A stretch of DNA of 63,978 nt, the filler included, from Choristocarpus tenellus KU-1152 (taxonomy: Eukaryota > Protista > Phaeophyceae): the NCBI GenBank assembly GCA_964200185.2. It is 13 parts of 13 records of this genome, joined end to end, with 100 filler letters (N's around TTAATTAATTAA, not from the genome) between each part and the next. Parts side by side here need not be neighbours in the genome. Positions count along the whole stretch, not along the records: positions 8,162 to 12,515 come from CAXNAD020014959.1; positions 12,616 to 17,306 come from CAXNAD020013448.1; positions 17,407 to 20,914 come from CAXNAD020019554.1; positions 21,015 to 24,229 come from CAXNAD020021477.1; positions 24,330 to 28,167 come from CAXNAD020017644.1; 8 more parts are not named here. One strand, written 5' to 3'. Under the pieces are notes generated by a model. It did not search any database. It was not told the origin of the DNA and worked only from the letters and a program-made list of their open reading frames with translations. How positions within the stretch are numbered: the first letter of the stretch is position 1; every line of letters begins with the position of its first letter. This document shows positions 12,263-25,881 of the stretch, piece by piece. The position numbers were made by a program, and so were the translations under genes.

Positions 12263-14046
12263 GATAAAAAAAAATGATACAAAGGACAAAAAAGAAAGGA
12301 CTGGAGAAAGAGGAAAACAAGGAAATAAGAGGATCAGGTACCTGTTCGAACAAAAGGAGAAAAAAAAATGATGCAAGGGATAGGGAAAAAAATGGAAAAA
12401 ACACAAAAAACAAAATAAACAAAATAAAATGAAAGAATAATATAAAATAAATGTGAATCGTGTGATTCTGTGACGGCGTGGTTCACTCAGGCAAGGGTGG
12501 CGAAGAGAATCACTGNNNNNNNNNNNNNNNNNNNNNNNNNNNNNNNNNNNNNNNNNNNNTTAATTAATTAANNNNNNNNNNNNNNNNNNNNNNNNNNNNN
12601 NNNNNNNNNNNNNNNCTCCGAAACATTTTGGAGTAGGCGAAAGATCATAAAGACCCCAGGGGAAGCCAATCCCCAAATGGACAAACAGGGCAAAACTCGT
12701 ACCCTCTAAGACACTTTCACTCAATTCAAGGTTTAACCCTGCACTATAATGCTGGATAATGCCTGGTAAGTCAGGGTTGGAAGAAGCAAAGGTTCAAATT
12801 ATTTGAGTCACTGAACCGTTGAAACATTACAGTACTGTGTAGCAAGCAGCACTCCAATATTTGACCAAGGTAGGTAGGAAGGAAAGATGAAGCTTATGAG
12901 CAGGCAGGTGGGTGTCTCAAGAAGGGTTTTAATATCTTCAGTACCTACAAAACAACCCATTTTTTTAGAAAAAAGTTCATTTTCTGTCGAGAAAAAAAAA
13001 TACTGTATGCACTGCACATGCCATTTTGGGGTGCAATGATAAATTTATTGTACTAATATTAGATGCCTTACACAAAGTTCCCAAGAAAGATGGCAGATAC
13101 TCAGAGAGACTGCAACAAGTATATATATATATATATGCATTGCAATTGGTGAGAGGGGAGTGGCACATATTAATGTCCGTATTCATGTTCGTAATCTTGA
13201 AAATTTATCTTGTCACCGTGAGGTTGACCTCATTCTCTGCCTGTTGAAAGCTAAGAGATCAAAGACTTCAGCCAATAGAATGGTGTGACCGGTTGTGCTT
13301 TTTTCACGTGCTAGACAGAACTTGTCTCACACTCCGAGTCCCTTAAACCTCTGAACTAGGAATAGTTGGGAGTTTTGGAGACCCACAACATCATCAGGTA
13401 GCTACCTGCCTTGAATAATAGAGTTTCACAAAAATCCCAGCAATTTCTAGCTTGAAACACATAAATATGAGTGGCATGCACCCTGTGCATGAATTGCTTG
13501 GCAGCATCACCACCTGGACTGTTCCCTAGATATTTTTAAGGCATGAATGAGTTCCCTCTGCTTAGATCTCTCCGGATATCCTTGTGATTGACTAGCACTC
13601 TCCTGCTAAACTACACAACTCGAATACTCCTCTTTAGTACCTGTGTTATTCACCTTTAAATGGGCTGTGTGCTACATCGCCAGCCTATTTCTCAGTCTCC
13701 TTGTAGACACACTCCGTGCCTGAATTTCTCCTACTGTCATTAACCAACTCTTAGCAATAAGGCTTACTGTTATGTGTCATTGATTTTTCCTTTTCATCTG
13801 ACCTGAAGAAAGGAGAGAAGAGTACTGGCCTACTTGATGTGCCCAACTTCGTTGAGAATCTTTGAGCCCAGGACAGATCAAGTGCCATAACTGAGAGTGC
13901 TGATTGTGTTAGATTTTATTTGTACATATTATGTAAAAAACCTTGAGAGGTTCTGTGGATGCTGCAGAAAGTGACCAACGAGCACAGAAAATATGAACTT
14001 GAGACACTATTTGTCAGGGGAAAAATGCTAGTTCAGAACGTTTTCT

Positions 14047-14224
14047 GGCTCAAAGTATCTGGGGCGAGGGGGTGGCAGCTGTCCATTCCGGGTCCATTTT
14101 TTCTCTATTGTGATTTTAGGGTGATTGGGTTGCATACGTCGGATGGATGATGTAAGGGACTTTTCCTGGTCAGGGCCCGAATGGACACCCTGGTGTAGAC
14201 CCCCCCCCCAAGATACTTTGAGCC
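14047..14224. mobile_element. MITE family B, full copy
   Basis: ggctcaaagtatct...agatactttgagcc terminal inverted repeats. Confidence 0.85.
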
Positions 14225-15021
14225 TCGGAAAGTGTTCACCAGTGGGTGGGGAGTGGAACGGCCATAGAGTAATAATCCCTTCAAAAAAAGCACTCCAAAT
14301 GCCTTGAATCAAAACTAGAAGCCTTTGATGACTTGGAGAAAGACCGGTCGTCTTTCGAAAAGGTAGACACTGTAAAATGTTCATTAGTGTTTTTTGCCGA
14401 ATGTTTGAAAAAAACTACTACCCTGTCAAGGAAACTCCTCAACATCTATGCAGGAGAATTTGATAAGGAATTTCCTCTGGTGACCTTTCACATTTTGCAT
14501 ACTCAGTCGATAGCATGACCAGGTCTCAAACGGATTAAGTACAACCACTTGTTCTTCGACTGACAGTGGTGAAGAGAAACAAAGCAAGAACATTGTGCAG
14601 CAAGTACAAAGGTTTTCCACTGTCTATCGATGTGTTGTTTGTTTCTGCTACATATTTTCACCCGAACATTCGCAAAATTTCAATGCATTACATCAGACTG
14701 AGTATGCACAGGAAGCAATCTGCAGGCCAGATAGGCCCCAGTACATTTTATGTCTCCACACTAATCCACCAAGTATTTGGAGCCTGTCTGGTCCACAGGC
14801 CAGAGAGATTCCAATAAAATCTGACTTGTCCAGACCAGGTCCACCAAGTATTGAAACTTCTGTCCAATCTGCTGTCCAGACAGGCTGCAATAATTTCTGA
14901 CATATCTGGATCAGGGCTGTCAGAGATTTTACCTTGACAAAAACAAACATTATCTGCTTGAATATTGTGGGTTCAAACCACAACAACATCAGACTTCTAC
15001 TCATGGAAATCTGCTTTCAAT

Positions 15022-15080
15022 CCCTAACCCAAACCCAAACCCAAACCCAAACCTCAACCGAAACCCTAGTCCTAACCCTT
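15022..15080. repeat. Interstitial telomere-like repeat (CCCTAA/CCCAAA)n
   Basis: Degenerate hexamer array; similar short arrays at ~4831, 15803, 16862, 21232, 40173, 41015 and 59335. Confidence 0.6.
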
Positions 15081-16157
15081 CAATACTCTAATAACTTCTG
15101 ACAGTTGGGAAAAATTGGGGATATTTAGACCAGGCCAACTTGGCCCATCTTGACCAGGTTGGATAAGTTAAATGTATATATTATCCATGGCCATCAGCAA
15201 TTTCAATAGTACCGGTCCATGGTGATCAACTTTTTCAATAATGCAGGCCAAGGGCTAGCCTGGTTCCAATATGTTCTAACAGAGCTGGTCCATCACCATC
15301 AACATTTTCAGCACGTCTAGGTCAAACGTCAGTCCACAGGCATCACTCAAACCTCGGCCATGCCAGCTGCCAGAAAAAGACATGGAAAATATTGGCGGGC
15401 ATAGAACAACATACTACAAAATTATGAACATACAGGGTAGATGAAATATGGTCAGTGCTTCCTCAACGATATAATATCCCATCAACCAAATTGTCACAAA
15501 CATTTCTAAGAACCTGCTCTGATCTGAATTTTTCAGGGACTTGTTGTTCTTTTGCATGGTGGGGTGGTTGAATGAACTAGTCAAGGACACCTCTTATAGG
15601 GTTTTGTGGTGGGCGATGGAAAATATAACATGCCCTTAGCTTTCAGAAGGATTTGAATCCAGGATTCAACCCTTGCAACTCAGGAGAATGCCTACTGAGG
15701 TACTCAATACAGAGCTCAGCGGACGAACTCTTGAAATTGCACACCACCTGCTCCCAGCTTGACAGGCAGATATGATTTAGATGTCTAATGTTGTCAACAA
15801 ACTAACCCTAACCCAAAGTCGTCTGTATATGGATTTCGTATGTAATCAGGAAAAGGCGATTAACTAGTATAAAAACTTCACAGATACACAACCATGATGT
15901 AAGAAACCAGTGCAAGACAAGACGTTTTTTTCACATCATACATTTCAATGCCCCTCAGCATGTGGAATCCCGTCCCCTGTTTTTTTCGTTTCCGGTCTAT
16001 TGAAGCCAAGTGCACATGATAACAATGCAGGTACGGAAAACACCTGCTCCTCACACATCCGGACGCAATCTTGCTGAAGTAGGAGCAAGACCCATATGCC
16101 ATAAGTAAGTGTACATAAGTAGGGTGATCTCACAACCTTAGCACATTAGGTGTTAAA

Positions 16158-16413
16158 GAGTCAAAGTATCTTAAGAGGGTAGAGCCGCGACAGTTTGGGG
16201 GCAAAAATCCAATGTTCCGGTTTTGATTAAATTTTGACTCTCATGTTTGTCAGAAAGCATCAATATCCTTGTTTCGGACACACTTTTTCCCAATGTATGC
16301 ATTTCCCTACTCTGAAACAATTCGAAGTAGGAAAATGCAACAAAAAACCCGTGGGAAGCCAAGCTCCAAACAGACAAACAGGGCAAGACTCATACCTTCT
16401 AAATACTTTCAAG
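16158..16413. mobile_element. MITE family A copy
   Basis: Full internal homology to the 9131 copy; flanked by taaa/taaa. Confidence 0.85.
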
Positions 16414-17100
16414 TAAAGTCACCACAATATTCTTCCAGATCATATTTCGTACAGGGAAAAGGAGGGTATAAGAAAGGAGGAGACACTTGATTTCCAATAA
16501 CTTCAGAATAAAGAGGTCCTGTTTAGAGTAAAGTAATCCAATGCACATAGCAATGTGAAGGCCCCTTGTTACTCCTAAAATTAAACCTTCCATGCTTAAT
16601 AGCTGGAAGCCTGTCAATCCTACTTGTCAGCATCTATCATATACTATTTGTATACGAAGAAGTTGTTGTTCAACCCACATATCAACAGGGTACATTGAGA
16701 AGTCTAGTAATCACTAGCCAGAAGTTAAGGACCACAACAACCTGTGATTTTGTAACCTTGTTAATATTCAAGCTTGTGAGGTCATGCAAGAACTCTTCGG
16801 CATAGTAGATAGAGGGGGTAAGGATCATTCAATTAATACGGCACTTGAAGCAAGAAATCCTTACCCTCACCCAAACCCTAACCCTAAACCTGAAAGTCTA
16901 CCAAATACACTGAGCTTGAGATATTCCGATATGTAGCTGTGTGGCAATTATCTTAGGTGCTATCAACAAGGTGATCATGGTATGGGGGTGCGAAAATAGG
17001 AGAAAAGGAGTCACTGTCTTCCATAGTAGTTATTCCCTACCATCACACAAAACAGGCTGAGTGTTTTGGGGCAAGAAAAGGCAATGAGAAACAGGCTCAC

Positions 17101-17155
17101 CCATACCAGAGAAACGTTATCGAGAACTGATGGCAGGAAAATCAGCTCACCCACC
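17101..17155 (-). CDS. Candidate second exon of the unknown minus-strand gene (W-VGELIFLPSVLDNVSLVW)
   Basis: cccccag acceptor, gtgagc donor; its phase 2 start matches the TG left by exon 18929-19170. Confidence 0.35.
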
Positions 17156-17600
17156 CTGGGGGTAATTATCTGACAAACAATACCATTTATGTTAGAACAT
17201 CAGACCCAAGACAAACCTTGTAAGGAAAAAGCACATGTCACTCGTCTCTGGCTCAAAGTATCTGGGGGGGGGGGGGGGGGGGGGCTTTTTGAGCCCTCAC
17301 AGGAAANNNNNNNNNNNNNNNNNNNNNNNNNNNNNNNNNNNNNNNNNNNNTTAATTAATTAANNNNNNNNNNNNNNNNNNNNNNNNNNNNNNNNNNNNNN
17401 NNNNNNCAAAAAAGTGAAAATCGAAAAAAGGGTGAAAAACGGACGCCGACACCCCCGCCCCAGATACTTTGACCCAGAAAGGAATATTCTCCTCTCGCAA
17501 CAGTTCACACGTTTACACAGGCGCACATAATCTCTGCAGGTCTACCTTTGCATAACTGACTAAATGTGTCTGTGCTCCTGTGCTCAAGTGAACGTGTACT

Positions 17601-17851
17601 GAGATGAAGTAAACAAGAGGCACCCAAACTTTGTCTGTTTTGCATTTTAAGCTAGTTTCTTATTGTTTAGTAATTCATCCATATTTATATGGATGAACTG
17701 CAAAGTGTGGTTTGAGAACATTCGCTTCTTTGAAAAAATTTGAAACGATTAAGGAAATTCCAGTACACATTTGAAAAGATATACGAATTTTGCACATATT
17801 TGTTGGAATCCTTCAAATACAGCTCCGAATACCTCTCATTTTCTTTGACTC
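17601..17851. mobile_element. MITE family E; other copies 25624-25881 and ~26962-27166
   Basis: TIR consensus GAGYCAAAGTAAACGAGAGGYACCCA, clearest in the 25624 copy; shared internal sequence; act/act flanks here. Confidence 0.75.
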
Positions 17852-18928
17852 ACTCTGGAGCACTAATAATCAGTAGTTAGGCGTATTAATTTACTCTCAC
17901 AATAAGATTGTTCATGATGTTTGTAATAGTTATATTGGATCTTCGGCAATTGGCTTGTGGTAGTGCTCTACTCCAGTACCAAACATCTGAAGTAGCCAAG
18001 AGGGCTTGTAGTGCTCAATTGGCATTCGTCTAGTTGATGTTATCTGACCTTTTGTGATTACTTACTAAATTGGAATATATCTCTGGAATACATATCAGAG
18101 ACATATCATTGCGGTATACAGATATGTTGAGTAGATAGGTAACCCTATAGTGCCTTGAGTAGTTGTACCCTTGTAGTTGTGCTTGGTTTACTTGCTGCTA
18201 TTTCTGTATTGTGGTTGCTGCAAAATGGTTCATAGATTCAAACCACTGCCCGCTCATCTGATGCGATTAAGATGATGCGTAGCACTCAGATGTATTTCAA
18301 GTTGTTGCAGAATGAATTGTGGATAGAAATTGGGTTCAGCTGTGCTCCTTGCAAAATAGCACACAGTAGTCAAATAAGATGCTCTTTTGAATATTCAGGA
18401 TTTCTGAGTAAAACAATTGATGTATGGCACTCTGGGTGCAAACTAGATATATTGGGGTCGATGAAATGTTGTGAGTGATGCATAAAGCTTGGGAATTGTT
18501 CTGCAAGAATCAGTATTTCTGATCTATTATATAGGGGTTGCATACTCCAAGAGGCAGGCAGTGCAACTGCTATCCACAGAGTGTACGTGCACATCATTTC
18601 CATTCACTGTAACTGCATGCATTTGAAATTATCTGGATATGTTCGCAACACTATGGTCGGGGATTTGTATTTGTGACATCGTGCCTTACAAATTCCCGAA
18701 GAGAAGGTAAACTATATGTGCACGTAAACACGATTATATCCATGGTCGAGGTAATGGTCAGCCCAACTGCAGACATGTTATAGCTTTCTCAGGGGTTTAT
18801 TTACGCTAATCTTCCATTGGTAGGCCCCCTCTCCAAGAACTAGGTCAGAGCCTTGAAGTCCCACACCTTTTCTATTGGCAACACCCAATAGATGCAAAAT
18901 CTACGGGCCCAACCCAACTTCTTCTTAC

Positions 18929-19170
18929 CAGGGCCAACTATTGCCGTCATCACCTTCTTCAGAACCGTTTCCTCTCCCTCCTGGGATTCTTCTCCTTCGA
19001 CCACCATTCTCAAGCCCCCTGTGCTCCTGCTCTAAGCTATAAGCTGGTGCAATCGCTTCGGATGCAGACAAGGAGAGCAACGACAGTTGCGGAAAACGAG
19101 GAAGGTAGGGCACGAGGAAGATAGGGTAGTGCTGTAATATCGAAGGACTGACGTAGAATTCGCATTGCAT
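18929..19170 (-). CDS. Candidate first exon of the unknown minus-strand gene (MQCEFYVSPSILQHYPIFLVP...GDDGNSWP)
   Basis: ATG-initiated 80-codon frame ending at a TG|gtaag donor. Confidence 0.45.
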
Positions 19171-19929
19171 CTTTTGAAGGATTGAAATATAGGCGATTGA
19201 TAATTTTTTAGATCATCAGTGGATCCTCTGAGGATGACCTCGACTCACTGCTGGTACTACTGCGGTAGATAAACTTTTGAAAGAGGATCCATGGCACCAA
19301 GAATGTGATATCACGTGAGAACAATCAGTGAACCTCGATCCCATACTCATCGACAAGGGTCGACCACTCTTCATCAACGACTGATGGCATGTCTTGACAA
19401 CAACTGGTTTGCACCCAAAGAAGTGGACAAATTTCAACCTTCCAGCAATAACCACACGGCGTGTTCAGGTTCAACACCAGGGAGGAAATGCATGGTTCAG
19501 AACGCATCTAGATATTCCTCATCGTGGTGTCACCGACCATAATCACCACGTACTAAACTCACACTGTTCCTGCTCGATGGCAAGGAGTGAATCAACGCTG
19601 GGTATCTTCACTCTCGATTCCCCCTGTTGGTCAGTCAGATCATGGAATGCTTCCCATCAGAAGAATCAAATCAAACCTCTTCATTTACCATAACTTTCAT
19701 GTGACCGTTACATCATTCAAACAGTACGTACATTATTATAGTGCTAGTACCTAATACTACTATTTTTGATTTTCTGAGAAGATGTAGAACTAAGACAAGA
19801 ATTACAGCCATTCCTACTAGAACAAATAATAAGTTTTTTTTTCTTGTCGTTCCCAACAATACATAGATGTAGGGGCTAAGGTAGGTTGGAGGCATAGGAG
19901 AGGAGTGGTGTAGCATATCTGGTTGTAAT

Positions 19930-20804
19930 ATAGCACAGGTCTAATGATATTGAGGTCGGGGGAGTTAGATGGCTGTGTCACAAGCCTAATCGACCACCCT
20001 TCAGTCTTCCCTGCCCCTGACAAGATTTCTGAGTTACCCTTGCCTGTGTGGAGGGTGGCACCGTCTTGCTGAATGACAACGTGCTTCCCCTGCAACCAAG
20101 GCATCTTGGTCTTGATTGCAGGCAGTAACTTCTCCGTGTACCACTTCCTGTACCACAAATGGTCTAAAGTACAGTCCTGCTCATACACATCCCCCTCTTT
20201 ATGGTTCTTGCTTGTCCTGTCTGCCGTTTTTGGCGCACACACACGCCAAACACCAAGCTTTCCATCAAAGCTGTGAGCCGAATATGGGCGGGCGTTGGCT
20301 GCAATGATCATGGTTTTGGGGATATGACTCTTGTGCTACACAGTAGGGGATCCTGGAAGGTCGCTATCATCCTCGTGCGGAAATACCTTAACCCTTTCCC
20401 CATCAGCCATCATGTAAAATCAGCTTTCGGTCACACATGGATCATCTTTCACCATGGAGGCGAACACACCGCGTTTCCGGTCCACTTGATCGCAAACAAA
20501 GTGCATTCTCCATACGTTTTGCCACGATTTAAGCTTGGGTTTGATCCAGTGGCGATTCGGCATGGCCCCCATATTATCCAACCGCCTGTTTATGGTGCTC
20601 GTGCTATAATTCAGCCTCTTGGCGGCCATCTTCATTGTCACCTGACGCACAGTGGATGACCGATTATCGGAGTTGATAGTGTTTATTGCGACCATCTTGG
20701 TTGGTGTGAGCTCCGAAGGCCGCCCACTACGTGCCACCACCACTAGGTCGAGCGTGTGGTGTTCGTAGATAGCGCTGCTGATACACATAGACACCACCGG
20801 TGGA
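19930..20804 (-). mobile_element. Tc1/mariner transposon remnant, DD39D (plant-mariner)-like transposase pseudogene
   Basis: RSGRP, IKPKL, degenerate IHVDESWFY, HKSHIPKTMIIAANARP, FDGKLGVW, IQQDGAxxH and QPSNSPDLN motifs with stops and frameshifts; TIR at 20754-20804 followed by TA. Confidence 0.9.
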
Positions 20805-22361
20805 TAATGTATTAGGATGGAGAGCCAGTGACAGATATATTGTATGTTGATTGATATTTTTATCATGTTCAAGATACACTTTCTATACTTAAGACAAGTA
20901 AATAAGTGATTCATNNNNNNNNNNNNNNNNNNNNNNNNNNNNNNNNNNNNNNNNNNNNTTAATTAATTAANNNNNNNNNNNNNNNNNNNNNNNNNNNNNN
21001 NNNNNNNNNNNNNNATCACACAAAATGCACGGCTGGGAAAAATGGACCCTGAATGGAGAGTCCCCCCCCCCCCCCCCCCTCCCCCCAGATACTTTGAGCC
21101 AGGGGCCATGGTGGAGGAATGTTTTTCAGGTTTATTGTTTGATGGTGGTAGTGATGATCTGATGCCTGTTTTTTGATGGGCGCTGGCGACTTGATAACCA
21201 AACAATCAAGATAACCAAACAATCAAGATAACCCTAACCCCCCCACTAATAAAGCATTTCGATTTATCTATATAGTAGTTGAAAACAGACCCAAAAGTAG
21301 AATATAGTCAGTTTTCTATTGTGAACGTTTTCTAAGAACGGACCCATCTGCAGCTGGTTATGCCCTTCACTCAGGATGTATATGCATAGAAAGTAGAGGG
21401 AACATTGTTGACACATTATTATTTTTCATTTTTACTCCTCCTATGCTTCACTGGCCTTATTGTAAATCTCTTCAGAGGAAGAGGAAGGGTCGCAGTACTT
21501 GCTCTTATTAGCCCACACTTCACAGATGATAATGGAGATTCACTTCATTTATCGCAGGATGAAAGAGTAATGTTCAAAGCAGGATTATTGTACAACATGT
21601 AAAGGAAGAAATACCGTTTTTATAGAGTGAACATTTGCAGTGTCTTCTCATCAAAAGTAACGCGGCAGGGTAGTAACGGTACCAACCAACTTACCTGTGG
21701 TCTCTCAAGGACAAAATCTACTTTAAAAAACATGTCTGCCACGAGTCTCAGATTGCTCAACTAGAACCTGCTCCAGACATTCTTGTGTTCTTCACCTCCT
21801 CACCCCTGGGTACATTCTGCACTTAGGGTTACAGGAGGAGTCAGTGTGTCAGTATGACGTAAACCTCAAAAAACGTTCCAGGAGTGTCTATGTAATTTGT
21901 GACTGTGATGATGGCACTGGCCTCACTGATCTCATGGGATTCAGTCATGTCACTGGAGGTATGCCTTTCCCACCCTCCACTACATAAGGATACCGTCAAA
22001 AACGCCTATTTTTTGTTACATGGGTTGAGTATACTCTAACTCTCTTCATGCATGCAGAAGACCCAAACCTAAAGCATGCAAGAAGTCTGAAGTCACTAGT
22101 TCCTCCTCTTGATCACTCTTCTTCTTGTGGAAGAGGATTGGCAGTGCCTTCAATACCTTGCTGAAGGCCACGGCATTTGTAAAATTTAACAAATATAAAA
22201 AACGAACATATATGTGTGCCACCACTGCTAGTATTTTTTGGCACCATTTTTTTACCTCACATCAGTAACTGCTGTGTAATGCCCTTTGCTAGAAAGGAGA
22301 TGCTCTGTATCTCCCACCCCTGTTACTCACCACAGAACACACTGTATTAATAATTTGTTCA

Positions 22362-22623
22362 GAATTGAACCAATTGAGAGGTAGGGAAGGTTGCACTTTA
22401 AGGATCCCGAGAAAGAGCAGAAAGACTTCATTTTGTAGAATTGCAGAAAAGAGACTTTGCTCAATTGTGATGTCACTTTGTGTGTGGAAAGGAGGAGTAT
22501 CAATTTTACGTTCACAATAGTGTACATGAGTAATGAAATAGAGTGTACTTTACAGGGTAAGAAACATTGGTTACAATGTGAGAGGTTCCTCCAAACCTCC
22601 CCACCTCTCAATTGATTTGACTC
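22362..22623. mobile_element. MITE family F; other copies 61445-61708 and 61810-62206
   Basis: TIR consensus GAGYCAAAC.AATTGAGAGGTAG; three homologous ~260-bp copies. Confidence 0.75.
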
Positions 22624-23257
22624 TCACCAGGCATGATTGACGAATGTAGTTCCACCTTGGCAATACAGTAATGTTATAATGTGGACCATTTCATCTACAT
22701 TGGCATGTCCAGGTTCAACTCTAGGTGTTTTATTCAAATTCTGCATCCTTAACACTTCAAAATATGTATCATGGTAATATTCATCTCAACCTCCTAACCA
22801 AAGTACTGAAAAGACAAGCAAGACCTCCTCTGTCAGGGGCAATATGCCATCAACGCCACCCTCTACTGGATAAGGCATACCTCCAGTATATATGGGACAG
22901 GTGAATGCAACCTCGACTGAGGTCTTCATTCACTGGGTTGTAACCCAACCACTTCAAGGGTCAGCAACCAAGTGCAGTATAATCCCTGGTGTGTGTAGGT
23001 GGAGTGGTCACACACATCATGGTTACGCACATTCCCATGCATGTGGACTTGGAGTACTACCCTACACAAAACACAAAAACAACACGACTAAGGTGTATGC
23101 GCTGAGTGGAGTAAACTATTACCAAGTATTTTGTTCCTCGGATCAAACAACTGCTGAGTGGGTTTCACCAATTATCAGGCGTGCATACTTATTAATCGCA
23201 AGAGACTTGAGCCATTGCATTTGAAACTGCTTTGCTGCCATGCAAGAAACCCAGAAC

Positions 23258-23302
<45 letters not shown>

Positions 23303-25623
23303 ACCCCTCTCTCTTAACAACTCCTCCTCCATTNNNNNNNNNNTTTTGTATTGTTTTGTCCCCCAAAAAAAAACCCCTAACCCCCCCCCCCCCCCCCCCC
23401 CCTTCCTTTCCCATCGTATAATTCAAATAAATATTTGCACACTGCTTCTTGAATTGAGGTTTCTAGAATAAACGTCCTTTGTCTGGAAGCTGAGTTGTAT
23501 CAATCCTGTTCGTGCGCACCAAACTAACCCACAAAATATCACCAAGGTAAAGCCTACGCATTGCGTTCAGACGCTTCATTAGACATTTCAACCCTTCAAA
23601 AAAAATTACCCCCCCCCCCCAACAAAAAAAAAAATATTCACCTCAACGAAATGAATTGAAAAATACAACAGATCAACNNNNNNNNCCCCCCCCCCAACAA
23701 AATGATCAAAATTCAACTCCAAGAAATGAGTTAGTAGGACCCACAGAATCACCTGTGCGGCAAATTGAAAAAAACAACTAGGAACAGTCTGAGAAAAAAG
23801 CTCCAAATGTGTAACTTGAAGTAACTTGAAGGAAATGTAACTGCCAGACCCTCAAGGGCACTTTATTTTTTATTTAAAAAAAACTATTTTTCTTGATCAA
23901 GGCACTTTCATTAACTAAGATGCAACAAAAACCTCTTACAGAAAAGGAAGCAATTTCTCACCCAACCACACCACCCCCCCCCCACCAACACCACCCCCAC
24001 ACACACCCCCCCCCCCGCCCCCCCCTCAAAATACACTAACAAACATTAGGGCAAGCAAACATCTCCGTCTTGGCACAAAACAAACCCCACTACAAAAACA
24101 ATTCTTCAACAGCCCCATCCCTTCAGTTCCACCACCATTGATTGATTCTATTACCCCCTTCCCCCTGCCCGCAACTCCAGTGTCCACTACAAAAACAATT
24201 CTTCAACAGCCCCATCCCTTCAGTTCCACNNNNNNNNNNNNNNNNNNNNNNNNNNNNNNNNNNNNNNNNNNNNTTAATTAATTAANNNNNNNNNNNNNNN
24301 NNNNNNNNNNNNNNNNNNNNNNNNNNNNNCCCCTCACAAACCCCTCCCCCCCCCAGATACTTTGACCCCCCGTCCGTTTGGGGGGAAAAATCCAATGTTG
24401 CGATTTTGGTGTAATTTTGAGTTTTGTGTTTGTTGGGAAGTGTCAATATATCCTTGTTCCAGGCACACCTTCTCATAACGTACACATTTTACCTACTTCG
24501 AAACATTCGGAGTAGGAAAATGTCAAAAAAAAACTGTGGGAAGCCAAGCCCCAAACGGACAAACAGGGCAAGAACCGTACCCTCTAAGATGCTTTCACTG
24601 TTGGTTCATCTTATATGTACCTAGCAAGTCCAGCACTCCGCCTTTCTCAGCCTAACATTGTCACCTCCTCTTGTTGGCACCACCCGATATGCCCTTACGC
24701 TTCTCTTTTGCACTCTGTCGTGCTGGACAAGGCACTGCCCCAAACCTTGTTTTTGGAACTTCTCCCTAAGGCGACCCAATGCCAGACAACTACAAATTGT
24801 TGGCGACAAGGCTATTTCCAGTTGTAGGAGAAGGTGTTGATACAACAATGGGGTTATCACAACTGTTACCCTTGTCAGTTTTCTCCTGATCAGAAACATA
24901 CTAGTCGGGAGTGTAGGAATTGAGTCACAGCCTCTTATATTTCATCGTCCCCATCCAGATCCATGGTGCCACAAATCCATAGAGATAGTGTCCGTAATGA
25001 AATGTATGCCCCGTGAAGTGTAGTGGTCCAGGCATGATTATAGGAATGAGACAGCGACGTTTCACTGTGCACGGCATGGCTGAAGTGTAGTGAAATATTT
25101 GCCAGGTATGCAGGTGCCCAGGTTATACTTCAAAGTATAGTGGCGCCACAATAATATATCAAGGGGGGGCACCCATGTAATGTTCGGTACCACTTGTATT
25201 GAGGTATGGTACAATCTACTCTGTTGTTTGTATATCATATGTTTATTGATTATGGTATCGATAGTTTTAGTTTTAGTGTTAGCATTAGTGTCAGTGTCAC
25301 ATGCGATGGGTCTTAATGGTGGTTTTGTGGTTTTAATAAACGCCAATGTGACCTGAAACTCCTAGATTTTACGTATTGTGCCTCTTGGCTATTTTTTTTT
25401 TTAGACATGGCAAGGCCATATGTTTGCCCTACCCATCATGGCAGTCCTTTCTATATACACCAATCAAAGTAATATCGTGGGTAATCAGGGTGAGAGATAC
25501 AACATATTTGATTACATACATCCCCGATATGCAACCTTCTTCGAGCCTCATAATTCGCCTACGGGCTTATGGATTGAAGCTACATATCCGCTCATGGTAA
25601 GCTTTTGGAGCGTTTTTAGCAAT

Positions 25624-25881
25624 GAGCCAAAGTAAACGAGAGGCACCCAGGTTTCGACCGTTTTTCAGTTGAATTAATTTATTAATCTTTCGCAATTCAC
25701 CCATATTTCTATGGATGAAGCGCTAAGTTTGACTTGAGAACGTTTATTTCTCTATTGATTTCCAAAAAACGAAACGATTCAGAAATTATCCTATATTCAG
25801 TTGTATCAATGTATAAACTTTGCACATATTGGTTGGCATCCTTCATTTGCAACTCTGGGTACTTCTCGTTTACTTTGACTC
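25624..25881. mobile_element. MITE family E, best-preserved copy
   Basis: gagccaaagtaaacgagaggcaccca ... tgggtacttctcgtttactttgactc (26-bp imperfect TIR). Confidence 0.8.

Noticed and set aside
23258-24229. Poly-C tracts, poly-Pro ORFs and a ~46-bp exact duplication (24088 and 24184)
   Set aside because: Low-quality sequence next to gaps; likely an assembly artefact.
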